NCBI RefSeq assembly: GCF_947301925.1
Contig: NZ_CAMYUE010000002.1
Span: 190,131-254,130 of the forward strand
Length of the DNA: 64,000 nucleotides
Direction of reading: 5' to 3'
Source: an uncultured Ruminococcus sp.
GTDB lineage: Bacteria; Bacillota; Clostridia; Oscillospirales; Ruminococcaceae
The translations under genes were made by a program, and so were the position numbers. This document shows, piece after piece, positions 47,909 to 56,905 of this stretch. Numbering within the stretch: the first letter of the stretch is position 1; the number at the start of each line of letters is the position of its first letter. The notes under the pieces were generated by a model. The model had not been told where the DNA came from. It searched no databases and saw nothing but the letters and a program-made list of their open reading frames with translations.

Positions 47909-49645
47909 TTAATTTTTCCAACCCGTGCTGACTGCACGTTTTGTGACCATGTTATGATAGATACCGCCCATATCCATAAGGCTCTTATGATCGCCCGACT
48001 CGGCTATCTCTCCGTCTTTGATAACCATGATGTTATCGGCATGAGCGATAGTATTGAGCCTGTGTGCGATGACGAGCAATGTCTTACCCTTGCAAAGCTC
48101 GGATATTGCCTGCTGTATGTAGCTTTCATTGTCAGCATCAACGCTTGCAGTCGCCTCGTCAAGAATGACAATGGGCGAATCTTTCAAAATACATCTTGCA
48201 ATTGAAAGCCGCTGTGCCTGACCGCCCGAAAGCGAAGCACCACCCTCGCCGATGACTGTATCAAATCCTTCGGGCAGCTCCATGATGAAATCATAGCAGC
48301 GAGCCTTCTTTGCAGCTTCGATGACTTCTTCACGGCTTGCATCGGGTCTACCGAGCGCGATATTGTTGTAGACCGTATCCTGAAACAGATACACCCTCTG
48401 GAACACCATACTGATATTATCCATAAGTGTTGCAAGCGGTATCTTTCGTATATCCGTACCGCGCAGAAGTATCTCTCCGCTTTTCACGTCCCAGAAGCGT
48501 GTCAGCAAACTTGCAATTGTGGATTTGCCGCCGCCGGACGGACCGACCAGTGCAGTCATTGTACCTTTGCCTGATTTGAATGATATGTCTTTCAGCACGT
48601 CTTTTTCGCCGTAGGCAAATGTGACATTGCGGTATTCTATCTCGGGAGCATTGCTGTTTTTCAGCATTTCTGCTCCGTTGTCAGAAAGCTCCTTTTCAGC
48701 AAACAGTGATTCAATTCTGTCCATACAAGCGTTCATTACCGTCAGCCTTGCAATCTGTCCGTAGAATGACTTCATCGGTACAAACAGATCAAACAGGAAC
48801 AGCAGCATACCGATATAGAAATTTAGTGGCATAGTTCCCGAAAAATAGAGATATGAGGATACTGCAAGGACTATAACGGTTCCGAAAGTGTATATCAGGT
48901 TCACTCCTGTCTGCCACGGTGCATGGTCGAACTCGAAGTCGAGATTGACCTTGCAGTTGAGCTCGAAGCTGTCGGTCAGCTCCTTTGATTTATCGCCCAT
49001 TAGGTTAAAAGTCTTGATGATTCCGATGCCCTCTGTAAAGTCAAGCACCGACTCCGTCAGCTTTTCTGAAGCCTCCTGACGTTCGTCTGAATGATGCAGG
49101 GTACTTTTTTTCATGGCAAAACCAAGCATGAGCATTCCCAATGTTACAATCAGGGAAATAAATCCTAAACGCCAGTCAAAGAAAAACATGAACAGCACCA
49201 TGATTGCCTGTGAAAACAGGTAACTCATCATATCCGCCAATGTCATCATGCAGTTTTCCTCGATGAACACCATATCCGTTGACAACACCGAGCTGATCTT
49301 TCCGATATTGCCCTCCGTAAAATATCCCATAGGCAGACGACGCAGATGCTCACCCAGTTTCATTCGCATATCCGCAAAAATCATATAACCTGCTGCACTT
49401 TGCAGTCTGTCGGCGAAATACTGGAGCAATGCCTGCACAGCAACGCTTGCCACAAGTGCAACAGCTATGTAAACACAATGCGTTTTCGTGACCGTTCCCT
49501 CTATGAATGCCGTAACAACGAAATATGCCAGCATAATAGGAACTTTCATCAGCATCCCTTTCAAAAATGAAAGGAACATAGCACCGTATATTCTGCCTTT
49601 GTATTTTCCCGAAACGCCGAGAATCCGTCCGATAAGTCCTATCAT
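47909..49645 (-). CDS. ABC transporter permease/ATPase, exporter fold (half-transporter B)
   Basis: 578 aa with a 6-TM domain plus an NBD (GPSGGGKST, LSGGQAQR, ILDEATAS). Confidence 0.9.
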   Translation of the reverse strand: MIGLIGRILGVSGKYKGRIYGAMFLSFLKGMLMKVPIMLAYFVVTAFIEGTVTKTHCVYIAVALVASVAVQALLQYFADRLQSAAGYMIFADMRMKLGEHLRRLPMGYFTEGNIGKISSVLSTDMVFIEENCMMTLADMMSYLFSQAIMVLFMFFFDWRLGFISLIVTLGMLMLGFAMKKSTLHHSDERQEASEKLTESVLDFTEGIGIIKTFNLMGDKSKELTDSFELNCKVNLDFEFDHAPWQTGVNLIYTFGTVIVLAVSSYLYFSGTMPLNFYIGMLLFLFDLFVPMKSFYGQIARLTVMNACMDRIESLFAEKELSDNGAEMLKNSNAPEIEYRNVTFAYGEKDVLKDISFKSGKGTMTALVGPSGGGKSTIASLLTRFWDVKSGEILLRGTDIRKIPLATLMDNISMVFQRVYLFQDTVYNNIALGRPDASREEVIEAAKKARCYDFIMELPEGFDTVIGEGGASLSGGQAQRLSIARCILKDSPIVILDEATASVDADNESYIQQAISELCKGKTLLVIAHRLNTIAHADNIMVIKDGEIAESGDHKSLMDMGGIYHNMVTKRAVSTGWKN

Positions 49646-51393
49646 GCTCTCACCTCATTTCCGATAGTCCAGCTTGCTCTTGCTTCGCTGCTGTTCCATA
49701 ACTTCTGATACTCCACACAGCTTTGCAGGAGCTTTTCGTGAGTGTCGGCGGCGATGATATTTCCGTCATTCATAACGCATATCTTGTCGGCGTTCACGAT
49801 AGTCTGTAAACGGTGAGCAATGACAAGAACGGTCTTGCCCTTTATTATCTCAGCAATAGCAGAGTTCATTTTCTCCTCGTTCTCAGGATCAATGAAAGCT
49901 GTTGCTTCGTCAAGCACGATAACAGGAGCATCTTTCAGTATCGCCCTTGCAAGAGATATTCGCTGACGTTCACCGCCTGACAGCATCTTTCCGCCGTCGC
50001 CTGCCATAGTGTCGATGCCTTTTGGAAGACGTTTGAGGAACTCTCCACATTGTGCTTTTTCTGCTGCCGCCATCACTTCTTCACGACTCGCATCAGGCTT
50101 GCCGATGAGGATATTCTCGTACAGCGTTGTGTTGAACAAAAACTGTTCCTGCGATACATAGGAGATATGATCGTTGAGTGCTTCGATGCTCATCTCGGTA
50201 ATATCCTGACCACCCAGTGTGATACGTCCGCTGCTGAGGTCGTAGTAGTGAACAAGCAGCTTTGCCAGTGTGGACTTACCGCTGCCGGATTCTCCCACAA
50301 GAGCTGTGAGCGTCCCCTCACCGAGTTCAAGGGATACACCGTGCAGGACTTCTTTTTCCTTGTAAGCAAAACGTACATCTTCAAATTTTATGATATGTGA
50401 ATTACCGATAAACGAATTATCATTAGTTTTTAAAGGTTCACTATCCATTGCTTTTTCAATTTCATCTATCTTATAGCCAAGCTGTGGGAATTTGCCTGCA
50501 AAGCTCAGTGCTTTCAGCAGCGGTACACCAATCGACAGCGACAGGCAGAACACAAGTACCAGATTGGCAAGTGTTGATGTTCCATTGATAACAAACAGCG
50601 TTCCGACAGGCAGCATGACAAGAGCCGTACATGGAAGTATCGCACTGTAAAGAGCCATCCAGCCCCAGCAAGCTTTATACCACGCAAGGGTAAAGTCACG
50701 ATAGCTTCGGATATCGGTTGCATAGCGCTGATAGGATTCACCGTCCCGTCCAAACACCTTGACGACTTCCATACCGTTGACATACTCGATAATGGTTGCA
50801 TTCATCTTAGCTGATGCGGCGTAGTAGGCGTTCATTCGTTTCATACCCGTGCGGAACATCATGCCCATTGCAAACAATCCGAGCGGCAGAGAGCAGAGAG
50901 ACAGAAGTGCCAGTTTCCAGTCTGCGAAGAACATACATATAATCGCCATCAATGCCATTGCAAGGTTGGAGATGCCTTCGGGAATTGCGTGTGCCAGCAG
51001 AAGTTCCACCTGATCTATATCATCGGTAAACAACTTTTTTATTCTGCCGTTACCCATATCCTGTATTGTGCCGAGCGGCTGACGCTCCAGCTTTTTTTGC
51101 AATGAAATACGGATATTTTTTAGTGTGTTGTATGCGGAAATGTGCGAGTATTTCAATCCCAGTACATATAAGATAGCGTAGGCTAACTCACATACAAAAA
51201 TAACAGCTATATGCACTGCATAATAGCCTGCGGATAATGATTCGCCGCCAATCAGCGGCTTGATAATGCGGTACACCATAAAAAACGGCACAGCGGAGGC
51301 GATCAGTCCTGCGAACATGACCGCCAGAGCCGCATAGGTATACTTGATGTAGTCGCCCATATAGGGCTTTATCTTGTTAAACACTGTTTTCAT
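49642..51393 (-). CDS. ABC transporter permease/ATPase, exporter fold (half-transporter A)
   Basis: 583 aa with a 6-TM domain plus an NBD (GESGSGKST, LSGGERQR, VLDEATAF). It overlaps both neighbours, suggesting coupled translation. Confidence 0.9.
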   Translation of the reverse strand: MKTVFNKIKPYMGDYIKYTYAALAVMFAGLIASAVPFFMVYRIIKPLIGGESLSAGYYAVHIAVIFVCELAYAILYVLGLKYSHISAYNTLKNIRISLQKKLERQPLGTIQDMGNGRIKKLFTDDIDQVELLLAHAIPEGISNLAMALMAIICMFFADWKLALLSLCSLPLGLFAMGMMFRTGMKRMNAYYAASAKMNATIIEYVNGMEVVKVFGRDGESYQRYATDIRSYRDFTLAWYKACWGWMALYSAILPCTALVMLPVGTLFVINGTSTLANLVLVFCLSLSIGVPLLKALSFAGKFPQLGYKIDEIEKAMDSEPLKTNDNSFIGNSHIIKFEDVRFAYKEKEVLHGVSLELGEGTLTALVGESGSGKSTLAKLLVHYYDLSSGRITLGGQDITEMSIEALNDHISYVSQEQFLFNTTLYENILIGKPDASREEVMAAAEKAQCGEFLKRLPKGIDTMAGDGGKMLSGGERQRISLARAILKDAPVIVLDEATAFIDPENEEKMNSAIAEIIKGKTVLVIAHRLQTIVNADKICVMNDGNIIAADTHEKLLQSCVEYQKLWNSSEARASWTIGNEVRA

Positions 51394-52012
51394 CGCCTTT
51401 CTTTAGCATTATGACCTCCTGCCAGTTGAAGAAACGACAGACGATACGGCAATGCTCCTCGATCTGCTTCCATGACATATCGTGAATGATCGGTTCGCAT
51501 ACGCAAGTCCAAAAAGACGAGATCAGCACATGAAATTCTTCTCTGGTAACTTCTGCTTGAGCAAGTCCTCTTTTGTACGCCTCTGCGTAGAACTGCTCAT
51601 AGGCATAACTCATTTTCGTGACATATTCGTGGTTGAAATTCTCATAGCGCGTGCCGGCAGCCTTGTCTATCAGCAAAGAGACAGTCTCACGGTTATTGTA
51701 GAGAAGCTTGAAAAGAGGTATCATGGATTCATACGACATCACCCATGAATCATATATCTCATCGTCCGAAAGTACCGAAAAATCCAAATCTGAACGGCTT
51801 TCAACGAAATGATTCAGCTCATCTGCTATATCCTCCACAACAGCGCTGAACAGGTCTTCCTTGCCCTTATATCGCTTGTAGACTGCGCCCGTTGTGATGT
51901 CGGCGTTCTCGCAAATTGTTTTCAGTTCTGCTTTCAGATAGCCGTGCTTTATGAATTCTGTCTGCGCACTGGCACGAAGTCGTGGGTCGATACTTTTATC
52001 AGGTATTGCCAT
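51377..52012 (-). CDS. TetR/AcrR family transcriptional regulator
   Basis: 211 aa with an N-terminal TetR HTH (TICENADITTGAVYKRYKGKEDLF). Confidence 0.88.
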   Translation of the reverse strand: MAIPDKSIDPRLRASAQTEFIKHGYLKAELKTICENADITTGAVYKRYKGKEDLFSAVVEDIADELNHFVESRSDLDFSVLSDDEIYDSWVMSYESMIPLFKLLYNNRETVSLLIDKAAGTRYENFNHEYVTKMSYAYEQFYAEAYKRGLAQAEVTREEFHVLISSFWTCVCEPIIHDMSWKQIEEHCRIVCRFFNWQEVIMLKKGDENSV

Positions 52013-52034
52013 TTTATCCCTCCTACGAAAATTT

Positions 52035-52048
52035 GATTATCAATAATC
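52035..52048. promoter_or_regulatory. Palindromic candidate operator upstream of tetR
   Basis: GATTAT-CA-ATAATC (6-2-6 palindrome) lies about 22 nt upstream of the tetR ATG, next to its RBS. Confidence 0.4.
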
Positions 52049-52352
52049 CACTTATCATTATAGCATATGCTAACTACGATGTCAAGGGGTTATTCATATG
52101 ATTTGTATGAACAAACAAAAAACGACGGTGCGTTGATTTGAATGCATCGCCTGTATCGCTAACGCAGTCAAGGATTTTGTGAATAAGCGTATGGTACTGC
52201 AAAAAAACTGAGAGTATGTTCTTTAAACGGTCAATCACGATGAAAAAATGAGAGAGATAATAAATAAAGGCTGAATTTGTGCGCAATGCATATTGACCAC
52301 CTCCTCAAAAAATCGAACGTTTGTGCAATCGAACAAAGTTTCTTGAAATCTC

Positions 52353-52381
52353 TTGACAGAACTAATGTTTCGCGATATTAT
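52353..52381 (+). promoter_or_regulatory. Strong sigma-A promoter with no downstream ORF
   Basis: TTGACA (52353-58), a 17-nt spacer, then TATTAT (52376-81). Confidence 0.65.
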
Positions 52382-52387
52382 GATAAT

Positions 52388-52900
52388 GTCCCTTAATGGG
52401 AGAGTAGCTTGAAAATCGAATATCAACACATCAGTGTGCAGCAAGACCAGTGCCGGCAAAACCGACAAGCCGCGAGCTTCCGTACGCCACGACCTCGAAA
52501 GAGCGAGCGATAAATACGTGAAGGCGGTAGGAGAGACTTAGCGAGTCGAGTCAAGGATGACCAACAGAACTCAGCTGAGTGCCATGGGAATACACGTTTA
52601 AGGATTGTGGACTCCCCGCCGCTCCTATAATGGCAATGACAGCCGGCTTGCGCGCCCATCCGCACGTGCGGCTCTGATTCCGTAAGGGCAGAGAGACAAG
52701 GAGCTATGTGAGAGTTGAGGACGACTCTCGGCTGATGTGTTCCCGGCTTCGGAGGGTGCAGGCGTATGCCTGTAGGAGAATATCAGAAGCCTCGGAATGA
52801 GGAAAACGTCATGGCACAGCGCCATGATAAGGTACCTCCGCGGGGGTACAAGGCTATCAAATTGATAGTCAGCATTTCAAGGGGCAAACTATGCCCTTTT
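52388..52900 (+). ncRNA. Candidate large structured noncoding RNA (about 510 nt, unclassified)
   Basis: It is bounded by the promoter above and an intrinsic terminator. There is no + strand ORF of 60 aa or more. The G+C-rich core is dense in short perfect hairpins, including GAAA, GTAA and GCTT loops. Confidence 0.4.
52879..52900 (+). terminator. Intrinsic terminator 1 of the noncoding unit
   Basis: AAGGGGCA/TGCCCTTT stem with a 5-nt loop and a T-run. Confidence 0.6.
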
Positions 52901-52972
52901 ACAGATGAAATGCGGTTTTGAATTTGGAAAAATGCATGGCACGGATAGTTATGCCCAAATATAAGGTTAAGA

Positions 52973-53016
52973 GAAGGCAGAGTAACGTCAAAGGCGTCAC
53001 TCTGCCTTTTTATTTT
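52973..53016 (+). terminator. Intrinsic terminator 2
   Basis: Perfect 10-bp stem AAGGCAGAGT/ACTCTGCCTT followed by TTTTATTTT. Confidence 0.8.
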
Positions 53017-53033
53017 GTCAAAAATTAAATATA

Positions 53034-53077
53034 AAGCGCTCAGCGGTTCGTCACGGACTGCTGTGCGCTTTTTTGTT
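53034..53077 (+). terminator. Intrinsic terminator 3 (imperfect)
   Basis: AGCGCTCAGCGG/CTGCTGTGCGCT stem (2 mismatches) followed by T6GTTT. Confidence 0.5.
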
Positions 53078-53252
53078 TGCACATAAGCTACAAAAATCAG
53101 TGGCATCTCTTGTGCAAAAGCTCCGAACAAATGGTTAAAACAAAATTTTATTTTGTAAAAACGCCATTTTTCTGCTTAGTAATATATGGAGGGTGGTGAT
53201 AACAATGAGCAATTCAATCGCAAACTGAACTCAAATCGAAAGGAGAAATCGA

Positions 53253-54500
53253 ATGAAAAAACTTGAAACTGTAAGCTGTGAAACACTTATGACAACGCCG
53301 TTGAAGCCAATGGAATTTCTCGTAGACGATCTGATAGCGCAGGGACTGTACATCCTCGCTGGCAATCAGAAGGTCGGCAAGTCTTGGCTCGCACTCGACA
53401 TCTGCCTCAGCATTGCAAAGGGAGAAACGGTGCTCGGACGCGAAACAACTCAGGGCACGGCACTCTACCTCTGCCTTGAGGACAGCTACGTCCGACTGCA
53501 AAATCGCCTCTACGAGCTGACCGATGAGCCGACCGACAAGCTCTATTTTTCTCTGCTTGCCAATACGATAGGCGACGGACTTGAAGAACAGATACGCGAT
53601 TTCAAAAATGAACACACTGACCTGAAATTCGTCGCCATCGACACCTTGCAGAAGGTCAGGAGCGGCGACGAGCAGACCTACGCCTCCGACTATCGGGAGA
53701 TGAGTGTGCTGAAAAATCTCGCCGCCGAGCTCGGTATCACAATACTGCTTGTACATCACCTCCGCAAGTGCAAGGACAGTGACCCCTTCAAAATGATATC
53801 GGGAACGAGCGGTATTACAGGCTGCGCGGACGGCAGTTTCGTACTTAAACGCGAGGACAGGTCTCAGCCGTATGCCACTCTGAGCGTGGTTGGCAGAGAC
53901 ATCGAGGGCGGCGACATCGCTCTGAAAATGATCGGCAACCGCTGGACTGTGACCGAGCCTGTGAAGCAAACTCCGCCCGACAACTTTGCATTCGCCGTCC
54001 ACGACTTCATGGTCGAGAGAGGTCAACTGAAAGTGACTGCGACCGAGCTTGCCAATGAACTCAACGAGCACTTCAGACTGATTGTCCCGAACAATATGAT
54101 AACCAAGAAGCTCGTTCAGCACGGCATTGAACTGCAAGGCTATGGCGTCCGCTTCGTGATTAAGCACAGCCACGGAAAGCGTTGGCTGGAGCTGACCTAC
54201 GACCGTTCGGGTGACAGCGGTGACGGCAGAACGATGTGGGCATCGCCGAGCTGTCCTGCCGCTACCCGAGAGCATGAAAAGCTCTTAGATTCGTCATCTG
54301 AGTTGGGTGACAGCTTGACTGAGGGTGACAGCAAAACCGCTTCGGGTGACAGCTCGGAGTACGCGATAGTCAACGGCAGACCTGTCCCGATAACGCGCAT
54401 GAACATCAACGATGTCATCAACCAATGCGCCGAGCGTCTGAGGGAAAGGATAGCAGCCGAGCGCGGTATAGTCGTCCCCGAATTCAAGTTCGCGCCGTAA
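53253..54500 (+). CDS. RepA-like RecA-superfamily ATPase (AAA_25 type) of mobile elements
   Basis: 415 aa with Walker A AGNQKVGKSW, Walker B-like FVAIDTLQK and LLVHHLRK, typical of RepA/DnaB-like element ATPases. Confidence 0.8.
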   Translation: MKKLETVSCETLMTTPLKPMEFLVDDLIAQGLYILAGNQKVGKSWLALDICLSIAKGETVLGRETTQGTALYLCLEDSYVRLQNRLYELTDEPTDKLYFSLLANTIGDGLEEQIRDFKNEHTDLKFVAIDTLQKVRSGDEQTYASDYREMSVLKNLAAELGITILLVHHLRKCKDSDPFKMISGTSGITGCADGSFVLKREDRSQPYATLSVVGRDIEGGDIALKMIGNRWTVTEPVKQTPPDNFAFAVHDFMVERGQLKVTATELANELNEHFRLIVPNNMITKKLVQHGIELQGYGVRFVIKHSHGKRWLELTYDRSGDSGDGRTMWASPSCPAATREHEKLLDSSSELGDSLTEGDSKTASGDSSEYAIVNGRPVPITRMNINDVINQCAERLRERIAAERGIVVPEFKFAP

Positions 54501-54957
54501 GCCGATATTTGCCGCGAGAGTACCGAGGTCGAGTGAGTATCCCACCTGCGGCGATAGAAGCGATTGTCGCGCAACGTGGAGCGAGTGTGTGGATGTATCC
54601 GCGAAGGAAAGAAGCTGCGGCGAGCGACAAAAAGTCTTCCCTTTTGGGAAGGCAAGCATCGCAGACGGCATTCCGCCTGCCGCTGAAAACGGGAGGACCC
54701 GAGCCCCTTTGTGGTTTGCAGGAAAAAGGCTGGCGTCAAAGCGCCTGCCGATTCACCTCGGAGGGCAGTGCCCGCCGAAATATCGGAACTTGCAGGAATT
54801 GAAAATTGGGGGCAAAATGAGAAATGGAGAAAAAGTGTGGGGTCAAAATTTGAAAAGAGCCATGATAAGGGCTATATTTCGGAAGGAGTGACTGGCGTCA
54901 GAGCGTATATTTACGATAATTAAGAATTGGAAATCGTGTGACATGAAAGGAGCTTGT

Positions 54958-55119
54958 ATGCAAGAGAAAAAACAGGAAGAAATACTTTGCGTTGACAAGA
55001 CAATGATCATTGACGGTCAGAAGTTTGAGATCACTCTCGTGTTCAAGTCTCCCGACAATGAGCACGAAACGGTCGAGGAGAAAATAAGACACTTGATAAA
55101 CGGCGACAAAATAAAGTGA
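54958..55119 (+). CDS. TnpW-like small protein (53 aa)
   Basis: Not in the track because it is under 60 aa. GGAG lies 5 nt before the ATG. Translation: MQEKKQEEILCVDKTMIIDGQKFEITLVFKSPDNEHETVEEKIRHLINGDKIK. Size, position just upstream of the recombinase and the ...EKI..LI... tail resemble TnpW-family ORFs. Confidence 0.5.
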   Translation: MQEKKQEEILCVDKTMIIDGQKFEITLVFKSPDNEHETVEEKIRHLINGDKIK

Positions 55120-55217
55120 GAATAGGTCTGGACTTTCGAGCCGAGTAGTGATATACTATTGGTGTATCCTATTCGGTTTGATTCCCAGAACGAGTACGTT
55201 CGGAACAGGAGGAAACA

Positions 55218-56855
55218 ATGAGAGAATCAAATACGGAACAGATAACAGCACTGTATTGCCGCCTGAGTCAAGAGGATATGCGTGCGGGAGAGTCGCTGTC
55301 AATTGAAAATCAAAGACTAATGTTGAAGGACTACGCCGACAAAAACGGCTTCCGCAATTGTCAATATTACATCGACGACGGATACAGCGGCACCGATAAT
55401 ACCCGTCCAGAGTATGTTCATATGCTTGATGATGTGCAAAACGGATTGGTCGGAACAGTTATTGTCAAAGACCAGTCGCGGCTTGGACGTGACCATCTTG
55501 AAACCGATAGACTAATGGAGTTGGTGTTCCCTGCATATGATGTTCGCTTCATTGCGGTAACAGACGGAGTTGATTCCGCCAACGGCATCAATGAAATGTC
55601 AGGCATACGTAACCTGTTCAATGATATGTACGCTCGCGATACAAGTAAGAAAATCAGAGCTGTGCAGCGAGCGAAAGGTGAGCGAGGAGAGCGCGTCGGA
55701 ACGACAACTCCCTACGGTTACATGAAGGACGAAAACAAGCATCTGATACCTAATCCCGAAACATCTCCGATAGTAAAACGCATATTTGAAATGAGTGCAG
55801 ATGGAAAAGGCGTCCGCAAGATATGCGACATACTTACAGCCGAGGAAGTGCTTACTCCAAGTGCGTATTCGGCTCATAAATCGGGCAAGCAGAAAACAAG
55901 CTCACCGTACCGCTGGTCGCTGAAAACGGTCAGAGAGATGTTAAAGAATCGAATCTACTGCGGCGATACCATCAACTTCAGCACCTACACTAAATCATAC
56001 AAGCTGAAAAAGACGCTCAAGAACGAGCCCGAAAAAATGCTTATCTTCGAGAACACACACGAAGCTATAATCAGCCGAAAGTTGTTCGACATCGTGCAGA
56101 AACACTACGAAGGAAGAAAGAAGTCGGACAAGTTCGGTGAAACTGATAAGTATGCAGGCTACCTTTACTGCGCGGAGTGCGGCTCAAAGCTCTATCTTCA
56201 CCGAGCGAGAACGCTTGACCCAAAGAAGAACAATTATATGTGCGGAGGCTATCAGAGTCGTGTCACAGACTGCACTGCGCACTACATCAGGGAAAAGGTA
56301 CTCGACGATATTGTGCTGCGCTATCTGAGACAGGTCGTAAGCTATGCGAAAGACAAGTCCGACGAGTTCTACTCAATGGCAATGGCGAATGGTGAAGCTG
56401 AAGCGAAAAAGCAGTTCAAGGAGAACGAAAAGCTCCGCAGTGAATATGAAACAAAAATCAGTCAACTCGACAATGCGATACAGCTTCTCTTCATGGACAG
56501 GTCAAACGGAAAGATCACGGATGAGCGCTACGATATACTCTCTGCAAACTTCGAGAAGGAGCAGTCAGAGATAAAAGTCAAGCTCAGCACTCTCGATTCT
56601 CAGCTGGACAAGATGAAAGTACGCGAGAAACGTGTCAGGGAGTTCATCAACAACGCCAAGCAGTACACAGAGATACATAGGCTCACTCCCGAGATACTGA
56701 AGTCTTTCATCGGGCGCATTGAAGTCTACGAAAAGGCAGTCAAGCGCTCGAGAACCTGTGGAAACCGCATCGTCATCTACTTCACATTTTCAGCTGATAA
56801 GGCGATAGCTATCGACAGAGTGATTACTGAAAATGGCGATATACTGATACTTTAA
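55218..56855 (+). CDS. Large serine recombinase
   Basis: 545 aa with an N-terminal resolvase domain (ALYCRLSQED with the catalytic Ser, DRLGRD), a recombinase domain, a zinc ribbon (CAECGSKLY...C..C) and a C-terminal coiled coil. Confidence 0.92.
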   Translation: MRESNTEQITALYCRLSQEDMRAGESLSIENQRLMLKDYADKNGFRNCQYYIDDGYSGTDNTRPEYVHMLDDVQNGLVGTVIVKDQSRLGRDHLETDRLMELVFPAYDVRFIAVTDGVDSANGINEMSGIRNLFNDMYARDTSKKIRAVQRAKGERGERVGTTTPYGYMKDENKHLIPNPETSPIVKRIFEMSADGKGVRKICDILTAEEVLTPSAYSAHKSGKQKTSSPYRWSLKTVREMLKNRIYCGDTINFSTYTKSYKLKKTLKNEPEKMLIFENTHEAIISRKLFDIVQKHYEGRKKSDKFGETDKYAGYLYCAECGSKLYLHRARTLDPKKNNYMCGGYQSRVTDCTAHYIREKVLDDIVLRYLRQVVSYAKDKSDEFYSMAMANGEAEAKKQFKENEKLRSEYETKISQLDNAIQLLFMDRSNGKITDERYDILSANFEKEQSEIKVKLSTLDSQLDKMKVREKRVREFINNAKQYTEIHRLTPEILKSFIGRIEVYEKAVKRSRTCGNRIVIYFTFSADKAIAIDRVITENGDILIL

Positions 56856-56863
56856 CAACAAAA

Positions 56864-56890
56864 ATCTCCGAGGGGCTATCCCTCGGAGAT
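56864..56890 (+). terminator. Stem-loop after the recombinase stop
   Basis: 11-bp perfect stem ATCTCCGAGGG/CCCTCGGAGAT, with no clear U-tract. Confidence 0.5.
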
Positions 56891-56905
56891 ATAATAAAAC
56901 CAATG

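Noticed and set aside
52388-52900. The noncoding unit as RNase P RNA, tmRNA or a group II intron
   Set aside because: Words resembling RNase P elements occur (GAGGAAAACGTCATGGC at about 52799; ACAGAACTCAGCTGA at about 52564). They are in the wrong order and miss the invariant GAGGAAAGUCC. There is no tmRNA tag ORF or acceptor-like ends. There is no GUGYG 5' end, no domain V consensus and no reverse transcriptase ORF. A housekeeping RNA would also not be expected inside a mobile island.
53214-54275. 353-aa - strand ORF opposite the repA-like gene
   Set aside because: The + strand ORF has an RBS (AAAGGAGAAATCGAATG), Walker A/B motifs and a sensible domain structure. The - strand product is Val/Ala/Leu-rich junk.
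54425-54923. Three overlapping + strand ORFs (125, 100 and 70 aa) as genes or a frameshifted pseudogene
   Set aside because: Their translations are Arg/Gly/Ala/Ser-rich with no motifs, they lack RBSs, and they overlap each other in all three frames. That pattern fits noncoding G+C-rich DNA.
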